64,000 nt of DNA from the IMG/VR virus record IMGVR_UViG_3300014720_000002. One strand, 5' to 3'. A program made the translations under genes and the position numbers. The notes under the pieces were generated by a model. That model saw only the letters and a program-made list of their open reading frames with translations, searched no databases and was not told where the DNA came from. Position 1 is the first letter of the stretch. Each line of letters starts with the position of its first letter. This DNA comes from a virus. This document shows positions 26,671-35,154 of this stretch, piece by piece.

Positions 26671-27227
26671 GCATCCTGCGCGAAGTCCTGGACGACGTGG
26701 TCCAGGCATTTGGCATGACCTCGGTGCCTGACCGGCCCGAGGTCTTCGCTGGCGGTGTGCGGCTGGATGTGCCGCTGCGCTGCCAGTTGGACAGTTACTC
26801 CTGCGGCGCCCAGGCGGGCTTCACAGTCGCCCGGGCCTTGGGGAGCCGGGTTTCATACGGGCAGTTCCGGCGCAGCCTCAAGCTGTCCCGGGATGGCAGT
26901 GAGCCGGGTCAACTGGTCCGGGCACTGGTGCGGCATGGCGTCAAGGCGGACACGGTGTGCAAGCTGTCCATGGACCGCCTGCGGGACTGCATCGACCAGG
27001 GTCAGCCCGTCATCATCGGGGTGCAGAACCCCAAGGCGGATGCTGGGCACTGGGTGGTGGTCTATGGCTACGACCTGGACGCTGGCACGGTGTTCATGGG
27101 TGTCAACGGGATGCCGTGGTTCAACCGCCGGGAGTATCCCGTGCGGGAGTTCCGCAAACTGTGGGAGCCCAAGGGCTGGGGGCTGGTGTGCTCTGGCCGC
27201 CGGCGCCTGCGCTGCCGGATGAAGTGA
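26667..27227 (+). CDS. Papain-like cysteine peptidase (C39-like)
   Basis: Q...SCG catalytic Cys and GHWVVVYGYD catalytic His. Confidence 0.8.
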   Translation: MSILREVLDDVVQAFGMTSVPDRPEVFAGGVRLDVPLRCQLDSYSCGAQAGFTVARALGSRVSYGQFRRSLKLSRDGSEPGQLVRALVRHGVKADTVCKLSMDRLRDCIDQGQPVIIGVQNPKADAGHWVVVYGYDLDAGTVFMGVNGMPWFNRREYPVREFRKLWEPKGWGLVCSGRRRLRCRMK

Positions 27228-27231
27228 GCAA

Positions 27232-27282
27232 GAAGTGGGCGGGCTGGGGCGCAAGCCCTGGGCTGTCCACTTCCTTTTAGCT
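27232..27282 (+). terminator. Hairpin with GCAA loop plus CTTTTAGCT (hairpin family copy 5)
   Basis: GAAGTGGGC...GGGC-GCAA-GCCC...GTCCACTTC-CTTTTAGCT. Confidence 0.65.
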
Positions 27283-27344
27283 GTCGGGTCTTGAACTGAC
27301 CGGCCTGGCTGTGCTTCACTGCGGCTGTGCCGACCTTGTCTCCC

Positions 27345-29672
27345 ATGCAGAAGCTGATGGCCGCCCTGGGCACCTCGGTCCCGGAAGGTATCCTCGGTCC
27401 CCGGCTGCGCGACCTGGCGCGCGAGGGTGGGCTGGCGTTCGCGCATCCTGGTGGATGGACCGATGCCTACCGCTCCCGCAAGCGGTATGCCCCAATCTGG
27501 CGGACGGCGCAGGAACTTGGCGTGCTGCCGACCGTCACTGCTGACAAGCGCCGGCTGCGTGACTTTGCTGACGGGGCGGTGGTCAATCTCGGGACGGACA
27601 AACCGCCGTTCAAGACCACTTGGAATGCCCGTGCGCCTGACTACGCCAGAAACTGGGCCTTGTCCGACGGCTCCGTGGACAAGCTGCGTGAGGCCGAATT
27701 GTTGCACGGATTCATACCAAAGACGGAAAGCCTTCGCCGGTTCACCCGTTCTGTCAGTCTTTCTCCGGCACGACAGGCTGCGTTGAAGCAGAAGCTGGAT
27801 GCGGCATATCCCGAAGGCTGGCTCATCAAGTCGCGCGGTTATATCGGGCAGATGACATCTGACATGCCGACGGACCTGGCCGCGGCGGGCAAATGGCCGG
27901 TGTTAGACGGGCAGGCCGCCGACTGGATCGTCCAGTCCCGGCAGGACATAGGTCGGTTTGCCCAGCCGCAGGCGCAGGTTGAGCGCTGGCTGTCCAAGCG
28001 TTTCGGTGCGCGTCCGCACGGCACGCACGAATACAGGGTGCATGTGCTCAATGGTCGGGTGGTGCCTTATGCCACAAAGCACAAAGGCGGTCCGGCGCAG
28101 GGTTTTTTGGAACGCTGGATGCCGTGGAATACGGCGCGCATAAACCAGGCCGAGGCGTTGACCCAGCGGGCCGCGAACCAGCTTGGTCGCGGCGATCGTA
28201 ACAAGACTTTCTATGCTTTTGACATAGGCTTCACTAACCGAGGAAAGCCGTTTGTCATCGAGGCCAATCCTTCAGCCACTGATGGAATGTCCGGCGAGTT
28301 CGCGGACCCTCATGTTCAGGACGCCATCGCGGCGGCCATCAAGGGCCAGTTACCCAACTACGTGAAAGCGCGGCGTGGGCTGTGGGCAGGCGGCACCGGG
28401 CTGGGAGTCTATCAGGCGTTCAAGCCAGAGGATGACACCCGCCCCGCCTGGCAGCGCTGGATGGGCAAGCAGTCGAGCCGGCGCGGTGGCTGGCTGGGCG
28501 CGTTTCCAGAGTATGTCGGTCTGTTGGAGTATGTTGGTCGTCCTGGCCTGTATAAGTCGGGAGGTATGGTAACGTCTGCGCTGGCCGGAATGCTGGCCGG
28601 TCGGGGAGTTGACGTAGCCGCCACCAAACTGCTGCGCCCGCTGGTGCCGGGGTGGAATTCATGGATGCACCGTATGGGACTTGAAGCCGGCTTGACGGGC
28701 GGGACCAGGGCGTTTTTACCAAACACCAGAAGGGCTTTGGGCGCCATCTCTGGCGGCGGCACTGGGGTGGTGGATTATGAGCTTGGCAACCAGATCGGCA
28801 GCGAGGTGCGCGGACGTTACCTTAAATCGCCTGGCCTGGTGGCCCGCGACACGGCTTCCCGGCTCACCGCGGACCGCTACCTGCAGGCATTGCGGACGAA
28901 TAAGGTGCCAGGACTGGCGCGGCGAGAAGCACAGCTATTGCGTCGGTCGGCACCATCCTTCGTTCGGAGCATCGCTGCGGGAGAGGTCAGCATGACCGGA
29001 CTGACTGGTGAAAATCTGACCTCGCCGTTGCTGCGGCACGCCCGGGCCGCGTATCAACACACTGCACCTGAGTTGTTGGCGCAGGATGTGACGCAATGGA
29101 CCCGCTGGTTGCCGAAGAGGTTCAGACCGGATCCGGCAACGACGGGCATGCGGATGCAACAACATCTTTCCAAACTGACTGGACCAGATCGTCCCTGGCG
29201 GCAAGCTATCGCGGGACCGGCGGTATCGGGAGGTTTGGGAGGTTTGGGAAGTTTGGCTGAAAATCTGGGGCAGGAGTTGATTTCGGGCAGCATGGCAGGA
29301 CCAATCATTCCCAGCGTGATCGCCAGCGCCGCCGGGCATCTACCTAACACTGCCGTCAATAATGTGTTGACGGCAGGTGCGGCGGCGGGGGCGTCCAATA
29401 CACTGCAGGCATTGAAATACAAATTGATGCTAACTGGTCACCAGCAACCTCGGCCGCTGGGATGGGGCGCACGGCTGCTGGACGCGACCTTCGAGCCGAC
29501 GGCTTCAGAATTCATACGGGCTGGGCAGGATTTACGACGGCTGCAGGATTCATCGCGCAGACTGTCGGCAACCCGACAGCCGGTTCAGGCTAGGCTCCAG
29601 GCGCATTCAAATGTAGGGCAAGGATTGCAGGCCGACGCGCGTCAGCTACAGCAGGCATGGTTTAACCGGTGA
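27345..29672 (+). CDS. ATP-grasp (RimK-like) ligase domain fused to a Gly/Ala-rich C-terminal region
   Basis: WLIKSRG, WIVQ, HEYRVHVLNG, FYAFDI...PFVIEANP (E-x-N) in the N-terminal half. Confidence 0.7.
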   Translation: MQKLMAALGTSVPEGILGPRLRDLAREGGLAFAHPGGWTDAYRSRKRYAPIWRTAQELGVLPTVTADKRRLRDFADGAVVNLGTDKPPFKTTWNARAPDYARNWALSDGSVDKLREAELLHGFIPKTESLRRFTRSVSLSPARQAALKQKLDAAYPEGWLIKSRGYIGQMTSDMPTDLAAAGKWPVLDGQAADWIVQSRQDIGRFAQPQAQVERWLSKRFGARPHGTHEYRVHVLNGRVVPYATKHKGGPAQGFLERWMPWNTARINQAEALTQRAANQLGRGDRNKTFYAFDIGFTNRGKPFVIEANPSATDGMSGEFADPHVQDAIAAAIKGQLPNYVKARRGLWAGGTGLGVYQAFKPEDDTRPAWQRWMGKQSSRRGGWLGAFPEYVGLLEYVGRPGLYKSGGMVTSALAGMLAGRGVDVAATKLLRPLVPGWNSWMHRMGLEAGLTGGTRAFLPNTRRALGAISGGGTGVVDYELGNQIGSEVRGRYLKSPGLVARDTASRLTADRYLQALRTNKVPGLARREAQLLRRSAPSFVRSIAAGEVSMTGLTGENLTSPLLRHARAAYQHTAPELLAQDVTQWTRWLPKRFRPDPATTGMRMQQHLSKLTGPDRPWRQAIAGPAVSGGLGGLGSLAENLGQELISGSMAGPIIPSVIASAAGHLPNTAVNNVLTAGAAAGASNTLQALKYKLMLTGHQQPRPLGWGARLLDATFEPTASEFIRAGQDLRRLQDSSRRLSATRQPVQARLQAHSNVGQGLQADARQLQQAWFNR

Positions 29673-29822
29673 GCCTGCAACGGAAGTCGTCCGCGGGGTA
29701 TAAGACTGTGAGCAGACCGTTGTTTGCTTGGTCGTCCTGTGGACGGCGTAATTCGTGGAGCATATACGTGTATGTTGAAAGCATTACTAAGCGGGATTAA
29801 CGGCGCCGTAAATGGGGCGGAG

Positions 29823-30191
29823 ATGAAACAGCAAAACGACGCCTTGCGAAAAGTATTGGAGCAAGCGATCAAGGTCGCAGTCAGCCCGGAAGCAACACCG
29901 GACGAGATGGATAAACTGAGTCAGCGGCTGGGCGTAGCTGCCTTAGCTGCGGAGGGCTTGGCCGCGCTGGAGCAACAGGAGGCCTACAGCAGGTTTAACC
30001 GGCTGGCCCGCAACTTCGACCTTCAACTGGAGGCGCTGCCGGCGCTGCTGACTGCCGCCCATGAAACCTTGCCAGCCGGAGATCCAGGCAAGGCGGTGCT
30101 GCAGTTCCTTACGGCCCGGACACCGCTGGAACTGGCGGCCGCTATACTCGCGCTCAAGAAGCTCCGGCGCGAAGAAGCTCCGGCGGTCTAG
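29823..30191 (+). CDS. Helical hypothetical protein
   Basis: MKQQNDALRK..., GGAG upstream. Confidence 0.6.
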   Translation: MKQQNDALRKVLEQAIKVAVSPEATPDEMDKLSQRLGVAALAAEGLAALEQQEAYSRFNRLARNFDLQLEALPALLTAAHETLPAGDPGKAVLQFLTARTPLELAAAILALKKLRREEAPAV

Positions 30192-30192
30192 C

Positions 30193-30237
30193 CAGCTAAA
30201 AGAAAGCTATCCGACGGGGGTAGTTTTCTTTTAGCTG
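30193..30237 (+). terminator. 20-bp inverted repeat ending TTTCTTTTAGCTG (hairpin family copy 6)
   Basis: CAGCTAAAAGAAAGCTATCC-GACGG-GGGTAGTTTTCTTTTAGCTG. Confidence 0.7.
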
Positions 30238-30287
30238 TTGGGTGTGTGGTGTTGCCATTCCGCTACCGGGCTGGCACGCTGTCCGGC

Positions 30288-33200
30288 ATGATTCAAGCCA
30301 GCACCGAACCCTACGACCCCCTGCTGGACGCGAAGGCCGCCGGCATCCGCGCCGATCTGCGCGCCGCCGAGTCTACCACCAACCGGGAGCCGACCAAGGC
30401 TCAGATCCGCGCAGAAAATTACGCCAAAGGTGAGTTCAAGTGGCAGGGGTTGACGGTGCGCATCGAGAATCCCCGGGGCAGTGTGCGCAGCGGTGTCACA
30501 AAAGACGGACAGCCTTGGAGCCGAACGCTCAGGCACATTTACGGCCATCTCTGCACGAAGCGACATGGGCGCAGCGATGCGGACGGCGACGGTATCGACA
30601 TCTTTGTGGGCGATCATCCCGACAGCGCGTTGGTGGGTGTGATAGACCAGTTCATCGACGGCAAGTTCGATGAGGTAAAGTGCGTCATCGGATGCCTGGA
30701 CGCAGCCGACGCAGAACGCGTCTATCTGGCCAACTACCAGAAGAATTGGGACGGTTGCGGAGGGGTGACACTACTGACCGCCGAGCAGTTCAAGTCCTGG
30801 GCGAAGAACGGCGACACCGGCAAGCCGCTCAAGGGGCAGGACATGGCTTCGTTTCACAAGACCGCGCTGGACTTCAGCGAGGAGAGGCGCAAGCCGATTG
30901 GCTACGACGCCGACGGCAACATGGTCTGCGGTGACGGTTCAATCTTCGCTACCCGGGAGGAGATGGAAAAGCTTCGCCGACCGGCCGGCGCGCGGCTGGA
31001 CCAACTGGCTGTGCTGCCGCCAGGAATCACCGTTGAGCCAGGCAATGCGAAGGCAGCCGACGACCGCGCCTGGCATGTGGGGCGGAACACCGGCGAGATC
31101 AAGGAGGCCCGCACCGGCTTCCATCGCCCTGAGAACTTCGACCTCCTCAAGGAGCACAGCACGGAGAAGCTCAAGGTGGAGGCCGGCTGCAATGACTGGG
31201 AATCCGCCTGGACCGGCATCACCTTCACGTTCCCCGACCTGGGGCGTCAGGTCTGGGCGCACTTGACACCGCCCGCCACCTGTATCGACTCCGAGACGCC
31301 CAGCAAGGACCTGCCGCCCAGGGAGGAAATCCACGACTGGCAGGACAAGCTGGTGAAGGCATGGCTGTCTGCGGCCAAGGAACTGGCCCGCCAGGAGGAC
31401 GCCAAGCTGCATCCCGAACACTTCCTGCAGGCGGCCAAGGACACCCAGGTCAAGCAGTGGGTGGAGGCGGTGGGCGAGAACCGCATGAAGTGGGATCCGG
31501 TGAAGCAGGCATCCGTGGCGCCTCCAGCCGCCCAGCCGGAGGTCCAGGCTGGTCCGCCGCGCACCGGCCCCGAGGCCATCCTGCACGCCCTGCAGAACCT
31601 CGACCTGGACAAGCTCCGGGCTGACTCGATGGACGTGGTCCACCGCAAGCTCAAGAGCAAGCGCCCCGCTGCCGTGCAGATCCTGGGCTATCTGGAGGGT
31701 CTCAAGCGCGCCGAGATTCAGCCACACCAGTTGATGATCAGCCGGGTGCCGGTGCTGCCGCCCCAGTTCCGGCCGTTCTCTGCGGCTGGCGAGGCATTCA
31801 TCCCCGGCGATGCCAACGAGCTTTACCGCGACCTGTTCAACGTCCGGTCGGTCTATGAGCAGATGCGCGAGCGGCTGGGCGAGGAGGGGTCGCGGGCCGC
31901 GCGGCTCAACCTCTATGACGCCATGTCCGCGGTTTATGGGTTTGGCGAGCCGGTGTCCCCCAAGACGCGGGAGCGCGGGGTGACGGGGTTCCTGAAGACC
32001 CTGACTGGTTCATCGCCGAAATTTAGTCTGGTCCAGCGAAACCTCCTGTCGAAGGATGTGGACTACGTGGGGCGGGGCACCATCGGCGTTGATCCCGACC
32101 TGGGTATGGACGAGGTCGGCATCCCGGACGAGATGGCCTGGAAGCTCTACGCGCCGTTCATCCAGCGGCGGCTGGTCCGGGCTGGCATGTCGCCGGAGCA
32201 GGCGGTCAAGCAGATCAAGGACCGGACCAAGGAAGCGGAGAAGATGATGGACGGCGAGATGGCGGAACGCCCGGTGATGTATTCTCGCGCTCCGTCCTGG
32301 CACAAGTTCAATTTTGTGGCGGGCATGCCCAAGCGGCGGACGGGCAGCACGATCATGGTGAATCCGTTCGTGACGACTGGCCTGAACGCCGACTTTGACG
32401 GAGATTGCGGTAGATTTGTGTTGAGGATAAAGAGGAATGTGGAGACAGTGGCTGGCATAACATCACCTACCACTGAAATCAAGCTGAGCGAGCAAGTCAT
32501 GCACATCGACCAGATGCCCCGCATCGAGGACACCGCGGTCGAGAAGTCTGCGCGCGTGACCGAATGGGATGTCCCCGCTGGCACGCAGCTTTACGCGATT
32601 GACCTCAAGACCGGACAGCACGCCTGGGCGGATGTCACCAAGGTCAGCCTCCATCGCAACCTGGTGGCTTACACCGTCCAGCTTGCCTGCGGTGAGATGC
32701 TGGTCGTCAGCGAGGACCACAGCGTCATCACCTACAACCCGGCGACTGGCGCGCTGGAGAAGACCAAGCCGGCCGATGGGGTCGGTCAGTTCGTTCCGCG
32801 CGCCACGCGCATGTCCACGGCCAAGCCCATTGAGCAGGTGATCGCCAGCCGGGAGGGGCATGAGTGGAAGTTGAAGCTGACCCGTGATGTGGGCGTGTTC
32901 CTGGGGCTGCTGGCGGGAGATGGTTGCATGATGGGTGACCATGTTCTGGCCCTTTACGGCACTGGATTTAAGGCCGCCAACCGCGCCAAGTTCACGGAGG
33001 TGGTGCAGTCGGGAGCACTGCCTTACGGACAGCATGTGGGCGAGCTTTCATGGGTGGCGGACAGCTTGGGCGGAGGTTCTGGGCTGCGCGAGCGTAGCCA
33101 GGTCGGCAACACCGCCTGGTTCAGCCGCTGGCTGCAGGATCACATCGGACACGGCGCGCTGAACAAGCGCGTGCCGGCCTTCTCCCTGCAGGCCGGGCCG

Positions 33201-34160
33201 GAACACCTCATGGGCGTTCTGGATGGGCTGCTGTCCTCGGACGGATCGGTGTCGGTCAGCCGGGCTAAAAAGAAGCCGCAACTGCTGGTGAACTTCAGCA
33301 CTTCCAGCCCAGACCTCGGGCTGAGCATCCAGGAAGTCTGTCGGCTGCTTGGTGTGGCGACGCACGTCACGCCCTACAAGTCACCCACCAGCGGCAAGGA
33401 CGCCTGGATCATCACACTGTCCACCGTGGGGTTGAAGAGCCTGGTCGCGGAGCGCCAGTTCACGCTCACCCACCCGGAGAAGAACCGCATCCTGCAGGAA
33501 CACATCGATGAGGTCAGCACGAACCGGGGTGGTGATGTGGTGCCTTATCCGCTGCACCTGCACAAGTTGATGCAGGCTGCGCATGTGGATCACACGGGCG
33601 GCAAGAAGAAACCCAGCGGCAAGACCGACTTCGGCTCGCTCGACCAGTGGAAGATGCACGGGGTGTGGTCGCGCGGCGCTGCCTTGCAGTGGATGGATGC
33701 TTACCTAAAGACCACCACCGGTATCATGAACCCCGAGCCGTTCATGCAGTATCGCTCGCTGATGGCGGACCGGTCGCTGCGCTGGGAGCGGGTGGAGAAG
33801 GCCGACCGGATGCACGATCCGATGGACATGTGGGACGTGACCATCCCTGGACCTTACACGTTTGCCACGTCGTCCGGCCTGTTCGTGCAGGATACCGTCG
33901 CCGTCCACCTCCCCATCATGGACGCGACGGTGAGCGACGCGAAGAACAAGCTGATGCCCTCCAAGATGCTGCTCAGCCCCAAGGACCGCGACAAGGTGGT
34001 GCCGGGGCTGAAGCAGGAGCAGATCCTCGGACTGCACAACGCCCAGGCTCGCCCCGCCCTGGCCAAGCACGTCTTCCCGGATGAGCGCAGCGCCATGATG
34101 GCCATCCGGGCGGGCAAGGTGCGGATGAGCGACGAGATCGAGATCACAAGTCCGGCTTGA
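30288..34160 (+). CDS. rpoC: Fusion: inorganic-pyrophosphatase-like domain + unknown domain + RNA polymerase beta-prime middle part (catalytic NADFDGD) with intein
   Basis: IENPRGS...DGDGIDIF...FDEVK (phage InPase-like); SRVPVLPPQFRP, RNLLSKDVDY, RAPSWHK, NADFDGD|TVAVHLP align by eye with bacterial beta-prime; a phage fragment, not full rpoC. Confidence 0.9.
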   Translation: MIQASTEPYDPLLDAKAAGIRADLRAAESTTNREPTKAQIRAENYAKGEFKWQGLTVRIENPRGSVRSGVTKDGQPWSRTLRHIYGHLCTKRHGRSDADGDGIDIFVGDHPDSALVGVIDQFIDGKFDEVKCVIGCLDAADAERVYLANYQKNWDGCGGVTLLTAEQFKSWAKNGDTGKPLKGQDMASFHKTALDFSEERRKPIGYDADGNMVCGDGSIFATREEMEKLRRPAGARLDQLAVLPPGITVEPGNAKAADDRAWHVGRNTGEIKEARTGFHRPENFDLLKEHSTEKLKVEAGCNDWESAWTGITFTFPDLGRQVWAHLTPPATCIDSETPSKDLPPREEIHDWQDKLVKAWLSAAKELARQEDAKLHPEHFLQAAKDTQVKQWVEAVGENRMKWDPVKQASVAPPAAQPEVQAGPPRTGPEAILHALQNLDLDKLRADSMDVVHRKLKSKRPAAVQILGYLEGLKRAEIQPHQLMISRVPVLPPQFRPFSAAGEAFIPGDANELYRDLFNVRSVYEQMRERLGEEGSRAARLNLYDAMSAVYGFGEPVSPKTRERGVTGFLKTLTGSSPKFSLVQRNLLSKDVDYVGRGTIGVDPDLGMDEVGIPDEMAWKLYAPFIQRRLVRAGMSPEQAVKQIKDRTKEAEKMMDGEMAERPVMYSRAPSWHKFNFVAGMPKRRTGSTIMVNPFVTTGLNADFDGDCGRFVLRIKRNVETVAGITSPTTEIKLSEQVMHIDQMPRIEDTAVEKSARVTEWDVPAGTQLYAIDLKTGQHAWADVTKVSLHRNLVAYTVQLACGEMLVVSEDHSVITYNPATGALEKTKPADGVGQFVPRATRMSTAKPIEQVIASREGHEWKLKLTRDVGVFLGLLAGDGCMMGDHVLALYGTGFKAANRAKFTEVVQSGALPYGQHVGELSWVADSLGGGSGLRERSQVGNTAWFSRWLQDHIGHGALNKRVPAFSLQAGPEHLMGVLDGLLSSDGSVSVSRAKKKPQLLVNFSTSSPDLGLSIQEVCRLLGVATHVTPYKSPTSGKDAWIITLSTVGLKSLVAERQFTLTHPEKNRILQEHIDEVSTNRGGDVVPYPLHLHKLMQAAHVDHTGGKKKPSGKTDFGSLDQWKMHGVWSRGAALQWMDAYLKTTTGIMNPEPFMQYRSLMADRSLRWERVEKADRMHDPMDMWDVTIPGPYTFATSSGLFVQDTVAVHLPIMDATVSDAKNKLMPSKMLLSPKDRDKVVPGLKQEQILGLHNAQARPALAKHVFPDERSAMMAIRAGKVRMSDEIEITSPA
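32406..33893 (+). mobile_element. Intein with LAGLIDADG homing endonuclease inserted directly after NADFDGD (496 aa, Cys...Gln-Asp | Thr)
   Basis: Removal restores NADFDGDTVAVHLP; internal FLGLLAGDG and LDGLLSSDGS; terminal DVTIPGPYTFATSSGLFVQD. Confidence 0.9.
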
Positions 34161-34855
34161 CAACGGCGAGGTTGCTCCCAAGCTGGCCGGGCATGACTCC
34201 AGATGATGCGGCTGACATCTTCACGGATCGCTGCGAAGGCGGCGCCTGGAGGGACAATGACACCTGTGATTTCTGTGGCGGCTGCCGGCCGTCCATCGCG
34301 CTGGCCGCCATCAAGGCGGGTGCGACGGTGAGCCCCACGGATAAGAGCTACAAACGCTACGTGGAGGGCGGCGATGTGCGCGTGCCCAGTTGCGGCGGCA
34401 AGCTCTACCTGAACCACTTCAGCGAAGCCCAGGCACTGGAGTTCGTGCGGCTGGACGTGACGGGCCAGATGCGGGTGGCACATCCTGGCTACTTCTACTC
34501 CAAGCTGGCCTTCGGACGTTACAAGGACTCTATCCAGGCGTTGCTGGCCGAGTTGTGCCCAGGTGACAACGCAGAGTCGCCGGTGACTCAGCCCGTCGCA
34601 CCCAAGCCGCCGGAACCCACCCGCACTCCCGGCTCACCGCCGGATGGCATGACCTCCCGCGTGCATGTGCTGCCGCTGGATGACCTGCAGTTCCACGCCG
34701 CCTCTGACCTCTGCTGGTGTCGGCCTACGTTCCTCCCGTCCGGGGTGATCTGCCATCACGCACTGGACGGTCGCGAGGCGGCTGAACGACAGCACGGCTT
34801 TGGCACTGGACGCGGCTGGCTCAAGCAGATCGAATACGTGCCTCTCCCAACATGA
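34157..34855 (+). CDS. Hypothetical protein with Cys/His clusters
   Basis: CDFCGGC and HAASDLCWCRP...CHH. Confidence 0.65.
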   Translation: MTTARLLPSWPGMTPDDAADIFTDRCEGGAWRDNDTCDFCGGCRPSIALAAIKAGATVSPTDKSYKRYVEGGDVRVPSCGGKLYLNHFSEAQALEFVRLDVTGQMRVAHPGYFYSKLAFGRYKDSIQALLAELCPGDNAESPVTQPVAPKPPEPTRTPGSPPDGMTSRVHVLPLDDLQFHAASDLCWCRPTFLPSGVICHHALDGREAAERQHGFGTGRGWLKQIEYVPLPT

Positions 34856-35154
34856 ATGCACCCAAAGGTTGTCTCCGTCTGATTCCGGCCCTCGCTGGCG
34901 CAGCCGCGCTGGCCATCATCCCGCTGCTGCTCATCCTGATGGCGTGTCGCGCCGACATGCCGCGCGCCAAGGACGGACAGGGCGTGGAGTTCGTCTGCAT
35001 CAGCAAAGCCATTCCCGGCACACCGGACAAGCCGGGCACTGCGGACTTGTGGCAGAAGGTCGGTGAGACCGGCACCAATCACCCCGTCTATCTGCGCCTG
35101 CTGCAGACGGACCCCAGCCAGCCGTCCATGTTCACCCGAGTATCTCAACCATGA
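34852..35154 (+). CDS. Putative lipoprotein
   Basis: Hydrophobic signal ending LILMA-C lipobox. Confidence 0.6.
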   Translation: MNAPKGCLRLIPALAGAAALAIIPLLLILMACRADMPRAKDGQGVEFVCISKAIPGTPDKPGTADLWQKVGETGTNHPVYLRLLQTDPSQPSMFTRVSQP

